Source: Microthyrium microscopicum
Lineage: Eukaryota
DNA length: 64,000 nucleotides
NCBI GenBank assembly: GCA_010405405.1
Contig: MU004240.1
Location: 960,882 to 1,024,881 of the forward strand
Direction: 5' to 3'
Every line of letters begins with the position of its first letter. The first letter of the stretch is position 1. This document shows, in pieces, positions 52,248 through 64,000 of the stretch. The position numbers and the translations under genes were made by a program. The notes beneath the pieces were generated by a model. That model saw nothing but the letters and a program-made list of their open reading frames with translations. It had not been told where the DNA came from and made no database searches.

Positions 52248-55200
52248 TCATCTTTTCCGCTTAGGTCGGGTTTTTCTTTTTGTCGTCGGAACGACCAGTT
52301 TCTCCTGCTTCATTGGCGTTGGATGGTCAAGCATGTTTTGCTCTTCTTCCAAGAGCCGCACTTGTTCATCGTCAAGCTCACTTAGCTCTTCACTGATCGC
52401 TCGGATTGACTCTGGCGGCGCAGGTCCAACTTCATCATGAATGGTTGTACCTTGAGGATCGAAAGATGCCAGGTACCATGGCACGCCACCATTTGCCAAC
52501 GTGGATGATGCATCCTTGTTGTCCTGAGGTGGTGTCAATGGATCATGATAGCCGGTCGAAGGATTTGTGCTTCCAGAGTTTGAGAGTGCTGGAAGAGCAG
52601 GAGTGGCACGAGTACTCCCAGCTTCTTCATGCGTATGGTCATCTCCAGCTTCAGCTCCGGCCTCAGTGTCTTCCATGGGCAATTCGTTGATGACGGGTGC
52701 TCCATTAGTCATGACTGCGTCCGTGGTGTCTACATCGTTCATGTCAACATCATCATGATCGTTGGCAGCAACGTTGGAATGAAGCTCATGGTTGATATCC
52801 ATTTCGACGTCTGTTTCACCATCTTGTGCTTCGCCATCCACAGACAACCCCGCATTTGCGGGAGCCTTAAGCGCATTGTCCATGATCGACTGTAAAAGCC
52901 GGCGATTGTCTTCGGGTATTTTGACTTCAATGTCGGCCTCACTTTCTGCTGCGTTCAAGAGGAAGGGCAAGATTGTCTTGATGATTCGTTTCGCACGCAT
53001 CTTCTTGTCCTTCTCGAGATTTGCTTTCTGCTTGTTGATGGGTGCGTTGACTTCTCCACCGGGGATGCCAACAGGCTCATCAGCCGCGTCGGGCGAGTAC
53101 ATGACGCGATTGAAGACACGACCTAGGTGTTCTGCGAACGATGCGACGTTAAGGTACTCCCGGTTTTCCAGCTTGGGCTTGATCTCAGCAAATCCCCTCT
53201 TAAAGTAATTATAGCTTGAGTCAAGACTAAATATTGTTAGTGACTGCAGAATGGAACAGTTTGATGATTACTTACCCAACTGCACGATCAAAAATGTGCC
53301 ACAGAAGAGGCATGAGAGGAAAGTAGACAGTATTGACGATATCTCGGAGTGTCTCGGCATCTTGAAGTTTCATGCCTTCGCGTGTGACAATTTCATCGCA
53401 CATGTTCGAGATGTTGCTCAGCTCTCCTTCCAATCCTTCCGCAAACTCGATGCGTTGCGTGAGCTTAGGGGCGCCAGAGGCTCCCATAGCTGCAAAATTC
53501 CGCCGTGTCATCTCCATAGATGTAAAGGTGTCAAGGGAAAGCTGAAGTCTTTTGAGCAGCGCAGCTCCCCGTCTGGCCTCGCGCTTCAAAGTCCAGTATT
53601 TGCATGCCTCAGCCACAAACTCCTTACGTTTGCGAACCTGATAGCGACTAAGTAAAGTTTCCACATTGTGGTAAACTATCTGAGGAACGACTGGGGCCCC
53701 TGATGGAAGTCGCCAGATCTTCTTCTGCAATGCCGCCTTTTTTCGCTTGTTATTACCAACCGTTGACAGCGGATCATCGCCTTCTTCTTCTTCTAGCGCG
53801 CCGGGTTGATTGGAAGGGAGGGCAAGGGCATCTTGTTGGCTATCGCCCCACTTTCTACCCTTCATCGAGGTGCGGTAGAAAGTCTTGGCCTCGTTGGTGG
53901 CAGCTTCAACATCATGTTGTTTGCGCCATTCAGGTGAAACATGCTTATCGCAATAGCCTTTGAGGGTGTTCTTTTCCTGAATCTGACCATGTGGGGTTTT
54001 CATTTTCAGATACAGACGGCAGCGACGAGCACATGTAACATGAAATGCCAAATAGCAATTCTTGTTACTGCATTGAATACACGCGCCCATTTTCTGTTGA
54101 CAGATGTAACAATTCTAAAGAGCATCAGCGTGGTTCAGTGCAAGCGGTACAAGTATTATCTTACCAATTTCCAGCGGGGCTTTGGAACCTTTTCGACATC
54201 CATGACGGGCTCCATGAAGGTATGGTTTCCTAAAGATACTTCTGGAATCCAAAGGGCGCAAAGAAGATGTGACCATCTTAGAGTGCTTGTTTGCTTGAAA
54301 GCTCCTTCATTATTTGGGCAAAAGATACAATCCTAATATATGTTAGAATGGTTTCCGTTGCATTGGGTCTGCAGCTACCAGATAATGGGTTCCCAAGTGC
54401 AGATCCGGATTTGACAGGGCTGAACTTACTGGTGTGTTTCGACCAATCAATTGGCACTTTCGACATAGCCACTGGCCCTCAGGTATAAAAGGCACGCCGT
54501 AGCACTCCTGATGAACTGCTAGGTCGCATCCGTCACAAAACACAATTGCATTTGTATTTTCGCAATCTCCGTCATCGCAAACTGCACATTTTGTGTCTTG
54601 TTCTTCAGCGCCTGCAGGCTCTCCGTTAACTGCTGCTGCAGAACTGGATCTCGGACGATGTGTCTGAGGTGGCTTTGGATTTGGTTTTGGAATTCCTGTC
54701 ATTATTTTAATATTCATGTTCCCCGCTCGATGTTTTAGCAAACACTTACGTTTTTCCAGGGCATGCCATTCCTTTTCAATCAAGGTCATGGTAATTTCGA
54801 AATATTGTGGTCGAATTATGTCCACACCTTGCGTTGTTCTTTCTTCATTTACAACTTCAAGCCAGCGTTCGTCTTGCTCATCCATGTCGTATTCGACTCG
54901 AATTCGTGGATGCGACACTGCCGAGTTTCCTGTTGACGAACCTGCGTTGACACCTTCGATGGGCATGCTGGATTCAACATCATCTTCAAGTGTTTCTTGT
55001 CCACCACGAATAAGATTGCGAGGCTGGATGAATATGTCACTCTCTTGATATCCAACGAGAGCGAGTGCTTTCTCCACAAAATTAATACCAACACCTGGAG
55101 ACTGTTCGTAGGCAGCGAATGTTTCGATGCGCCTATAATTGGGCTTCGGTAAGACAAGTTTCTCCTTAGGATTCTGAATTGGTGCCGGCGTAATTTTCTG

Positions 55201-55872
55201 TGGTGTTGGTGATCCGATTCCATACATCAACGCGCCGGATCTCTTGGGTGGGCGACCTGGTCCTCGCTTAATGGGAGTCACCAGAGCCTGCACAGGTGAA
55301 AACACCCCATTGATTCCATCCGCGTGCATTTTGAGTTGCTGGCTGGCCTGCGCAAGAACGGGACTAGCGGTTGCATTGGTGCCAGCAAGGGCTTGCAAAG
55401 GAGTAGACATCGCAGACTGACGACTTGCGTCGATTTCCTCGGCATTGAAGACATGTAGGTCTACATCGATATCTAAATCAGTATGGAACTCCTCCCAGCT
55501 TCTCTCTTCCCGCGGTTTGTATGAATCGTTTTGGGTCATGGCAGTAGCAGCGGCAGCTGCCGAGCTGAAGGTAGGTTTGGGATCTTGTTTATCAGTTTCT
55601 GGAGGAACTGGGGTAGAGGGTGATCGTCGTCTGGTGGTGGGGAGATCGGACTGTCGGCGCGACGGACGCGCTCTCGGCGCGGTTTGCGAATGACCATTTG
55701 CACCGCGAAGTGAAAACGGCGTGCTTGTGCTTGATTGCCTGCTATTCATGCCGCCTGCCGTGTATCGGAGCTTCTTTCGCGGTGGTTCGGTTTCTGGTAA
55801 GTAGGGAAGCTTCCGTGGTCGACCTCTTCTGCGACGGCCACTTGCAGGAGTGGTATCTACTATGGGCGCCAT
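52248..55872 (-). CDS. NTO1: NuA3 histone acetyltransferase subunit (BRPF/Jade-like; EPL1 + PHD-zinc knuckle-PHD)
   Basis: VEYDMDEQD, CAVCDDGDCENTNAIVFCDGCDLAVHQECYG, GACIQC...FHVTCA, KYWTLKREARRGAALLKRL. AT-hook-like GRP motifs. Confidence 0.95.
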
Positions 55873-56688
55873 TTCGAAAGGCGAGGGATGTATCTTGGTT
55901 AATGAGGATCAGATTGGTGGTGTGTTGGGAGGAGGTTCGCGCAGCGCAAGGCGTGACAAAGCGCGCTATCGTACATCGAAATCCGATCCACGTCTTCTAT
56001 GAGGGCCGAGCAATCCAGGCGAACGTGGATTAAGATTTAGTGATGCCAGATTGACTTTGGAATTGCGAAACACGATGGTTCAAGGTTGGCTGTAAGTCTT
56101 GACGGAGGTTGCATCAAGAGAGGGCCATTTGAGTCACGTGCACTGTCCGCTGAATAGGCACAGTAGCGTGGACGTTTCATCAATTGTCATGACAGCCTTC
56201 ATCATTCATAGTGACATTACGGTTGACTTCTTACAAATCCCATATCAATAGCCAATCAATAATTTTACGACTGTCCAAATTCGGAGGCAGATTGCTTCAA
56301 ATTGTTAGCCATCAAGAAGTCTTGGAATTTTGGCCGCTCCAGCTTGCACTGCGGTGCATTTACAGTCTAGTCTGTTTTGGGAGTTAGTGGCCCGCCCCCC
56401 TCGCCTTGCTTCTCATTGGACCTTCCCATCCTCACGACTGTCCCAAGCAATCGAAGTCGACCCTCCGTGATTGTTGCCTTCATCTTTCAGAGGCTACACC
56501 TTTGCCATGTTGTGTGCTAGGTTTCTCTCAACCATGTTTTAAACAGGCTTGCAGTTGCCAAAATAGCCTGAAGCAACTGCTTGGGCTCGGTCTACTTCAA
56601 ACAGTAATTCCAAGTCAAACAACAACACAACGCATGGCATCTACAGTGTACACCCCTCGTTTCCGTCTAAACAACAACAACAAGCGTC

Positions 56689-57700
56689 ATGGTCAAGTCT
56701 CCTGAGATATTAGCGTTTGTAAACGCCCTTTCCAGGCTATTGGGATGGACATAGTAAGCCATGCCACTGCTCTCATCATACTGGAAGCGTTTTTAACTCA
56801 AGAAGCTTCCTGGCGTGGTCTATCTCATTTTATGCTCAGCCATATTTGAATTGGCAGCGCAAGTCAACCCAAGGTTTGGCGATAGACTTCCCGACATTGA
56901 ATTTATTAGGATTCGTATGCTATACAATCTCGACGGCGTCATTCCTGTGGTCACCCACTATTCGCTCTCAGTATGCGGCGCGCCATCCAGCGTCTCCCAA
57001 AACGACTGTACGATTCAATGATTTTGCTTTCGCTCTGCATGCGGCAATCATGTGTATAGTTACTTATTCGCAATTCTATTCTTCGCTATGGGGATTCAGT
57101 GTTGGCCGACGCCAGCGAGCAAGCCGGGGCGTTCTAGGAATCGTCCTGGCGAGCATCCTCTCTACCATCGTCATCGTCTTTGTAATTGCAGGAACTCCAG
57201 GAGGAGGAAACGATCCGGACGGTTGGGCTTGGATCGACTTGGTAAGCGCAAACCATTCTTTGGTACGTCGGAACCCGCTATTGACTCCTAAAGATTTATA
57301 CGCTAGGGTATATCAAATTGGTTTGCTCTCTGATCAAATATTGTCCTCAAGTCTTTCTCAATTATAAGCGAAAGTCTACTGTTGGCTGGAGTATCTTGAA
57401 CATCCTTCTGGATTTCACCGGCGGCATTCTTTCTCTGATGCAACTGATTATCGATTCAAGTTTACAAGGAGACTGGTCTGGAATCATTGGAAACCCCGTA
57501 AAACTTGGACTATCGAATACCAGTCTCTTCTTCGACGTGATTTTCATGGTTCAACACTATGTGTAAGTAAAGTCTCGCGTATCTTGAGAGTCATTCTAAT
57601 TATTGACAGCCTCTATCCTGCCGATCTAGAACAGATTCCCGATCATTATGACCGGGACGATAGCCGAGCAACCAGAGAAGAGCAAGAACCCCTTTTGTGA
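56689..57700 (+). CDS. ERS1: Cystinosin-like PQ-loop vacuolar transporter
   Basis: [75 protein letters not shown]-terminal EEQEPLL acidic dileucine motif. Confidence 0.93.
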
Positions 57701-59706
57701 CCACACTTGCAAGCCTGACGCGACTTCCTTGTCGTGTGGATTGATATTGTGTAGATCACAAGAGCAATACAATTCAACAAGGACCACCATAGTAATCAAC
57801 TATGGGCCTGACCTTGGACTTATCTTATTTGCCTAGGAGTGAAGACAAGTTTGGCAGGTTCCTGGTACCTGGAAAGTGAATCATAGGCAGCTTTTGAATG
57901 TGACAGCTTACACGTTCAGCTAGCATTGGAAATTATCATCGAGGCTTATGTGCACTTTGCTACAATAGCAACACTACATACATGGTTTAACAGCATGGAT
58001 TCTCGATCAATCATGCTTTTGGCTAGTTCAGGCCACCAAGATAGATGAATCAAGTTTTTGCTTGCCTCGTCGAGTGCATGCCAATAATAAAATCATCTCT
58101 ATTTCGACCGTCATGGATTTTACGCGATTATCAGATTTCCGAGTTCATCACGGACTTCTTCGCAAGTTCGCCATCTGAGGCTAGCCTTCCATAAGCTTAC
58201 CGACTCGAAGTTGCATTTCAAATCTTAGCGGATATTCTCTACCACAACGTTCCCACGTGCACTTGTGTCTGAACCATTGATTTCAACCAACCGTAGCACT
58301 AAATTCGACGTCTGGAGCCGACTTGAAGCATTGACATGATGGGTCAAACGTGAGGTCGTGCCGTACGCCATTTCCTTCGACGTTGACATGAACGCGGGAT
58401 GCCGCGCAGAATAATATCCATTTTCGTGGTGGCGCTGTATGAGCAAGCTGGCAAGGCTGGCTATCAAGTAGCAAATACGGTCAAGACCGAGAAAGATACG
58501 GCCTGGGCTCCCTGTAAAGTTCGCGAAACCTTGCGATTATCAACGCCGATTCTTGTAATAATCGGGCCGTAGCAACAATCTCAACTGTTGGCTTATTTTT
58601 GAAAATTTGTGGCATGATCGATTGCTCATAGATCGAATTGATTGAACCCCCCAGTCATTGAATTTGGAAACTTCCCTGATAATCAGCTAACTAATCAAGG
58701 ACAGTTTACGAGGATACTATTAAGAATGTGCCTATAGTCTGGCGAATCTAGAAATCTCCGTAATTGGTGCATGATAGCCTGGTCAGGAGGCCCTTGTTGT
58801 TGGTTCACAGTGATAGGCACATCGGCTTGATAGCAAAAGGCTGGCGGTGGCCTCATCACATTGATTCGTTGATTGAGATAAAAAGCATCCATGAATCGCA
58901 TCATAGCTTGAACCCAGGCTGACCAGCAAGATGCGGCACATTGCCGATTTGCTGCGCTTCGCCCCAGATGTCAAGGCTCGTTTTAGCCTCATGAGCTAAC
59001 AAAAAAAGATCAAAGGATAGAATCTGACTCGTCAGAGAGTGACAGACACGAAATCGCGCGCCAATCAGACTTACAGGCGGCCATCTAGGCGATCGACAGC
59101 GTACATTTAGAGTTCTATCATAATTCGTAGTGGTTTCTGCATGCGGTACTGGTACATGGTAGGCACGCTTAAGCCTGCACAACCCCTTTTCGCGTGATAT
59201 GTTTCATACTCCAACATCACTTCATTATTGCCTTGCTCTTTTTCCTCCCTCTATCCCCCGAGGTTGCACTATCTTGCGAGCACCTAGCTGGCGAATTACT
59301 TGGGTTATTTGACCACCGTAGCTTGCCAAAAAACAAGTTTAGTATCGGTCCGTTTGATCTCATCCTCGCTCGAGATCTAGAGCTCACAAGCTGCACTCCC
59401 ATCAATGAGATGCGTTTGTCGAGGATCCGGCCCTCCACGCGACATCAGTCTATCTCCCGTAGCGGCTTGCGCACACTAGCCAGTAGTGCCTCATGCGTCT
59501 GCTTCAAAAGTCCAAACCTTGTCCCATAGATGATAGAATACCTACAGCATTGCTTACCTCTTAAGCAGCTAAGTATCTACGTTAGCCTACTCTCCTATGA
59601 GAGACATTGCATCTTTCCAGCACTCTTCGTTTTAACTAAGGTACCCAAAAGATTACACGTAGCCTTGTAAGGCTACGTTGCGCAAGTGACAGATACTTGG
59701 TGTCCA

Positions 59707-59746
59707 TATCCTACTATCCTACTATCCTACTATCCTACTATCCTAC
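59707..59746 (+). repeat. Perfect octanucleotide tandem repeat (TATCCTAC)x5
   Basis: Read directly, about 570 bp upstream of the LOV gene ATG. Confidence 0.95.
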
Positions 59747-60314
59747 TACTAAAAAATCCGATAGTTCGGGTCAGTATTAAGCTCCAAGACATGGGCTTTT
59801 CGCAATCATAGGACCCATATAGGCCATGGTTTTAGCATGCCGCCACGATCGGATCAAGTCTACCAGATGCCAGAAGTTAGAGCGCAAGGCCTCCCATCCG
59901 AAATTCAATGTCATGTATGTCATCCTAGACTAAAGATCCACCTTGAGCCACTTTTGCTTGTCCCACGGAGTCTGCTGAACTGTGCTTCCATGACCTTGTC
60001 CTGTATACGCGCCCATCCAATTGCTTCTTCTTCTGCTGGTCAGAATCCAGGGTCCTGGTGAGTATCATTCTGGTCCCATGTTTCCTCTCCTTAAATCACA
60101 AATGATCAATTATTGTGATGCCTAGTTGGTCTAACATATAAAGACTGGTACACTCGGCCCCGCGGACGACTACCTAATTTAGTGTCGATTTAGTATTGAA
60201 GCTTTCGCTAGACCCTCAATTTCCAGCCATTGATGCTCTCGTCATACGGTAAACTAAACGTCCAGACTTTGAGTTTCTTGGTAGGGCCCACAACAGTACC
60301 TACGCTAATCCACA

Positions 60315-62919
60315 ATGATGGGTTCTCCATTCACCACTCAGGCTACGGGGTCCATGGTGTCATTGGTGTCACAACTGCTTCCAGGTGCCCCAAGTCAATC
60401 GAACGACTTTAGCCGGCTCCGATTAAAGACCAAGGATTCCATTGATAGTTTGCGCCAAAAGATATCTTCTTCCTTTCGACCTCACTCATCAGGTTCAACA
60501 CCACGACGACGAGCAACAGTCTCAATCCGGCCCCAAACAGCTCCAACATCTTCACTCCTTGAGCACTACCCATACCAGAATAAATCGGAAATCATGCTGC
60601 ACAGTTCTGCGCACAGAATGCCAAACAAAATCGTAAAACGCAATCCTAGGCTTCTCAGTCCACTGCCCCAGGATGCTCCACCAGATCATGTGCCATCTGC
60701 GGGCTCAAGTCTGTACGGTGAAGCAGATTTCGAGCCTCTTATCGACGACGACTATATTCCAACCTCTGCAAAGCCGTTGATCAAAACCCAGGAGCAGCGC
60801 GCTCAGCGAAGACGATCTCCATCACCCCAACGTTCGTCAAAAGTGGATTCTAACTACGAGCCACCAAAAACGCCAGATACGCCACACCACCGCATAGATT
60901 CGGTCCTAGCTGTCAATGATGAGTAGGTTAACCCAGAGAACTTAAACTTTTGATGTCTCCACGTGGATTAAGTCTAATCTCATCTTGTAGATCTTCACAT
61001 TATCGCAGGAAATCAATCGTAGATTCAATCACAACCTCTTCACTGACCAATTCCCCGCGAGAAGTCGCTTCCGTGAACTCGGCCATTTCTACAGAGACTG
61101 CGACGTCTGTTCATGGTTGGGGACTGGCTCCACTTCAAGCATCAAGCGTACTCGATGAGACCGAGAAATTGGATCCAGTCCTAGAAGATGACCCGGCGTC
61201 TTACGATCTGGTGTCACCGCCTTCAATGGACAGTCGCAAACAGTTTTCCATCGAGGAGCGCATGGAGGAGATGTTTTCAAAGGAACATTTGCAAGAAATC
61301 TTTTCAGATCCTTCGTCCATGTTGAAGTTCACAACATTTTTGACTCATCATCGACCACAGTCTATTCCACTTCTTATCTACTATTTAGATGCGTTGAAGT
61401 CCATCAAAGCAGTCCAATATGCCAATGCGATCGCCGAATCTCTTACCCCCATAGACGATATGGCGTTCACCAGAACAAATGTCTCCAAGACTGCGAATGA
61501 GTCACTCGAAACAAGAGCCCAGCAGGCATTTGATGCGCTGCTCCGAGAGGATTTGCCAGCATTCATCGCACAGGTTTTCATCAAAGTGGTCGATGCCAGT
61601 GTGAGGCAAAGAGTAACCTGCTCATTACCCGATCATCTACGAGACGCTTCTGAAGGACTCGCAGAAGTATTTTGTCTTACAGATCCGTCCCGACAAGATA
61701 ATCCCATCGTTTTCGCCTCTGAGGAGTTCCATAAGACAACGCAATATGGAGTCGAATATGCCATTGGGCGCAACTGTCGATTCCTCCAAGGTCCCAACAC
61801 TAGCAGAGATAGCATAAGACGATTGAAAGAAGCCACATCAGCAGGTAAAGAGGCATGTGAAATCTTCTTGAACTAGTAAGTGTTGTGTCCACCTTCCAAG
61901 AAGTCTGCTAACAGACAAAAGTCGCCGCGATGGCTCTCCATTCATGAACCTCCTCATGGTCGCCCCATTGACTGACAGCCGCGGTGTCACCCGCTACTTC
62001 ATCGGCGCCCAAGTCGATGTAACTGGTCTTTGCAAAGACGCCACCGACCTCGAAGGTCTTCGCCGTATAATCAGCAAGAAACAAAAGTCCACCAAAGACG
62101 ATGCTGACGATGATACCGAGCCCATGACTATTATTCCCAGCCTCCCTAGCAGCGACGACGAATTCCAGGAACTCAGCGAAATGTTCAATGACGCAGAAAT
62201 CGACATTGTCCGTAAACACGGCGGCCGCATGCATCCTCACACGATCGAAGATGAATACATCTCCCACCAATCGCTGACCAATCTCCCCATCCACACCCGT
62301 GATTTCACACGCGACCCTTCACGCACTGTCATCGCTGCGGACGAGGACAATTCACCCTCCTTTTATCCGTCACCAACACGCGGCCGTCTCCTCAGTGTCT
62401 ACCAAAACGTAAGTGGCCAAGTCCATATCTGAAAGTCCTCATTAACAATTCTAGTATCTGCTGTTGCGCCCAGCGCCCTCTCTCCGCATCCTCTTCGCGT
62501 CCCCCGCCCTCCGAACCCCCGGCATGCTACAATCGCCCTTCCTCAGTCGTATCGGCGGCTCCGCCCGCGTCCGCGACGAACTCGCCGCCGCACTAACAGC
62601 CGGCCGAGGCGTCACCGCCAAAGTCCGCTGGCTGCTATCAGGACGCGCAGCCCAAGACTCATCCCCCGGACGACCACGCTGGGTGCACTGCACGCCATTA
62701 CTAGGCAAGGGCGGCGCAATTGGGGTGTGGATGGTGATCTTGGTCGACGAAGAGGAAGGAGCAGGAAGTAGTGAAAGACAGAGGGGTGGACGGTTCAAGC
62801 TGGCGCCACCGGTTGGGGGTCGTATGGTTCGGCCGGAGAGCACGATGAGTCTGCGGTCAAGCAACCAAAATACGAGTAGGCGGTCGAGTATGGGGGGTAG
62901 TTTGGTAATTGAGGAGTAG
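60315..62919 (+). CDS. RGS-LOV-DUF blue-light photoreceptor (BcLOV4-like architecture)
   Basis: RGS-like segment (F..FL..HRPQS.PLL.YYLD), LOV core FCLTDP...DNPIVFASEEF...GRNCRFLQG...NYRRDGSPFMNLL...YFIGAQVDVT, C-terminal LRILFASP.LR.PG.LQSPF domain. Three introns. Exact start uncertain. Confidence 0.9.
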
Positions 62920-64000
62920 AGAGGCGCAGGAAAGGGTATTGCTGGATATGTGGGCTTATGATTTCATGGTTTGACGTGGGAATGATGCATTGGGACTTTT
63001 CTAATGGGTATATGGTTTAGCGCATCTATATTCCCCGGCCTATTGGCATTTGGCATGGTTGGTGTTTGGGCTGTGAGGCCCAACAAGGCATTATTGAGGA
63101 TTTAATGTATATGTACATGTAGGATATTATGGACACATACATTTGGTATAGACGTTCTTGTATGACTTAATAACAGAGTAATGCTTCACAGCAGGTTTAA
63201 ATCATATTTGGTGAACTAGATCTATGTGGTGACACTACCTACTTTTGTGCGATAACCAAGGAATTCTAATATGCTTTCATGTATGATCAAGACGCACAAA
63301 ATCGTCCTCACTTTCAGCTTGTTGTTTAGGATTAGTTGGCGTATAATGAAAACAGAATTACGTGTAGCTGTTACCATCAAATCCAAGCATTTCAGTCAAG
63401 GTGTTGCATTATCGTGGATGTTATATAGAACCCGCAGTTTCCATAATGCTGTTCTAGGAGATTCGAAACAGGGTGTAATTGGGTTTTCAACAATCTTATA
63501 GTCTAAAATGGTGGATCATGGCCGCCTACAAATGGAACTTGTAGAGATTTTCTAAGCAGTTCGTCTATCATATGTCGAAATTCTCGCGTGACCTGTATTG
63601 TCTTGACCTCTTCAATCGAGAAAGCCCTCAATCCTTTCCATCGTCAACATTCTCCACCTCTCCGAATATTGGATAGAAAAGCCTACAAGATATCACAAGA
63701 CCAACTGAAAATACAAAGACATCAAGGCAACCAATGGCGCTTGCCAGCTTTCTCTTCATCTTCACGATGCTTGTCTCTTGTTGGATAACCCGCAGGTGCT
63801 TCAGACGACCAAATCCGCCTCCAACATCCCAGCACAGCAAAGACTACCTCCTTGCCATCAACATAGCTCCCAATGCACGCGAGTTTATCTTCTTGGTCCT
63901 ACAGATGGCTCATATTGCCCTGACGATTCAAGATCGAATAAGTCCCTCCTTGTTGTGCCCGAAGCCAGCCAACCTTAACGCCCAGTACTTCGCTTGGACG

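Noticed and set aside
58200..59560. Short minus-strand ORFs between cystinosin and the LOV gene
   Set aside because: No motif, no coherent splice model, no codon-bias support.
63200..64000. Short ORFs at the window end
   Set aside because: No supportable product. May be promoter or leader of a gene beyond the window.

Overview
Genomic DNA of a filamentous ascomycete (Pezizomycotina; short GT-AG introns with CTRAC branch points). Bases 1-~5255 are an AT-rich block mutated by repeat-induced point mutation (RIP) that ends abruptly. The rest is GC-balanced and gene-dense. Core genes: NRDE-2 family, amino-acid permease, ALG7, FOX2, phosphofructokinase, histidine acid phosphatase, sphingolipid C9-methyltransferase, an RRM/RGG RNA-binding protein, NTO1, cystinosin/ERS1 and an RGS-LOV photoreceptor. 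Accessory genes: a CPS1-like GT2 synthase, a secreted KP6-like candidate, a HET-domain gene plus an orphan HET C-terminal fragment, an MFS transporter, HsbA-like, MYND finger, an atypical cutinase, and two pseudogenes (dienelactone hydrolase, adenylate/UMP kinase-like). I saw no tRNA, rRNA or CRISPR array. The strongest leads are five. (1) A FOX2 intron whose retention ends the dehydrogenase half in -GGKGKL*, nearly identical to the full-length -GGKTKL* PTS1. (2) A second 3' splice site behind the stop codon of the RNA-binding gene that could delete its RGG tail. (3) A palindromic TA-CTAG-TA footprint-like stop in the secreted protein. (4) A cutinase with a KR-containing insert between catalytic Asp and His, close to an HsbA-like gene. 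(5) Repeated C-rich to G-rich skew switches. Exon structures were read by hand and family calls rest on remembered motifs; no database search was run.
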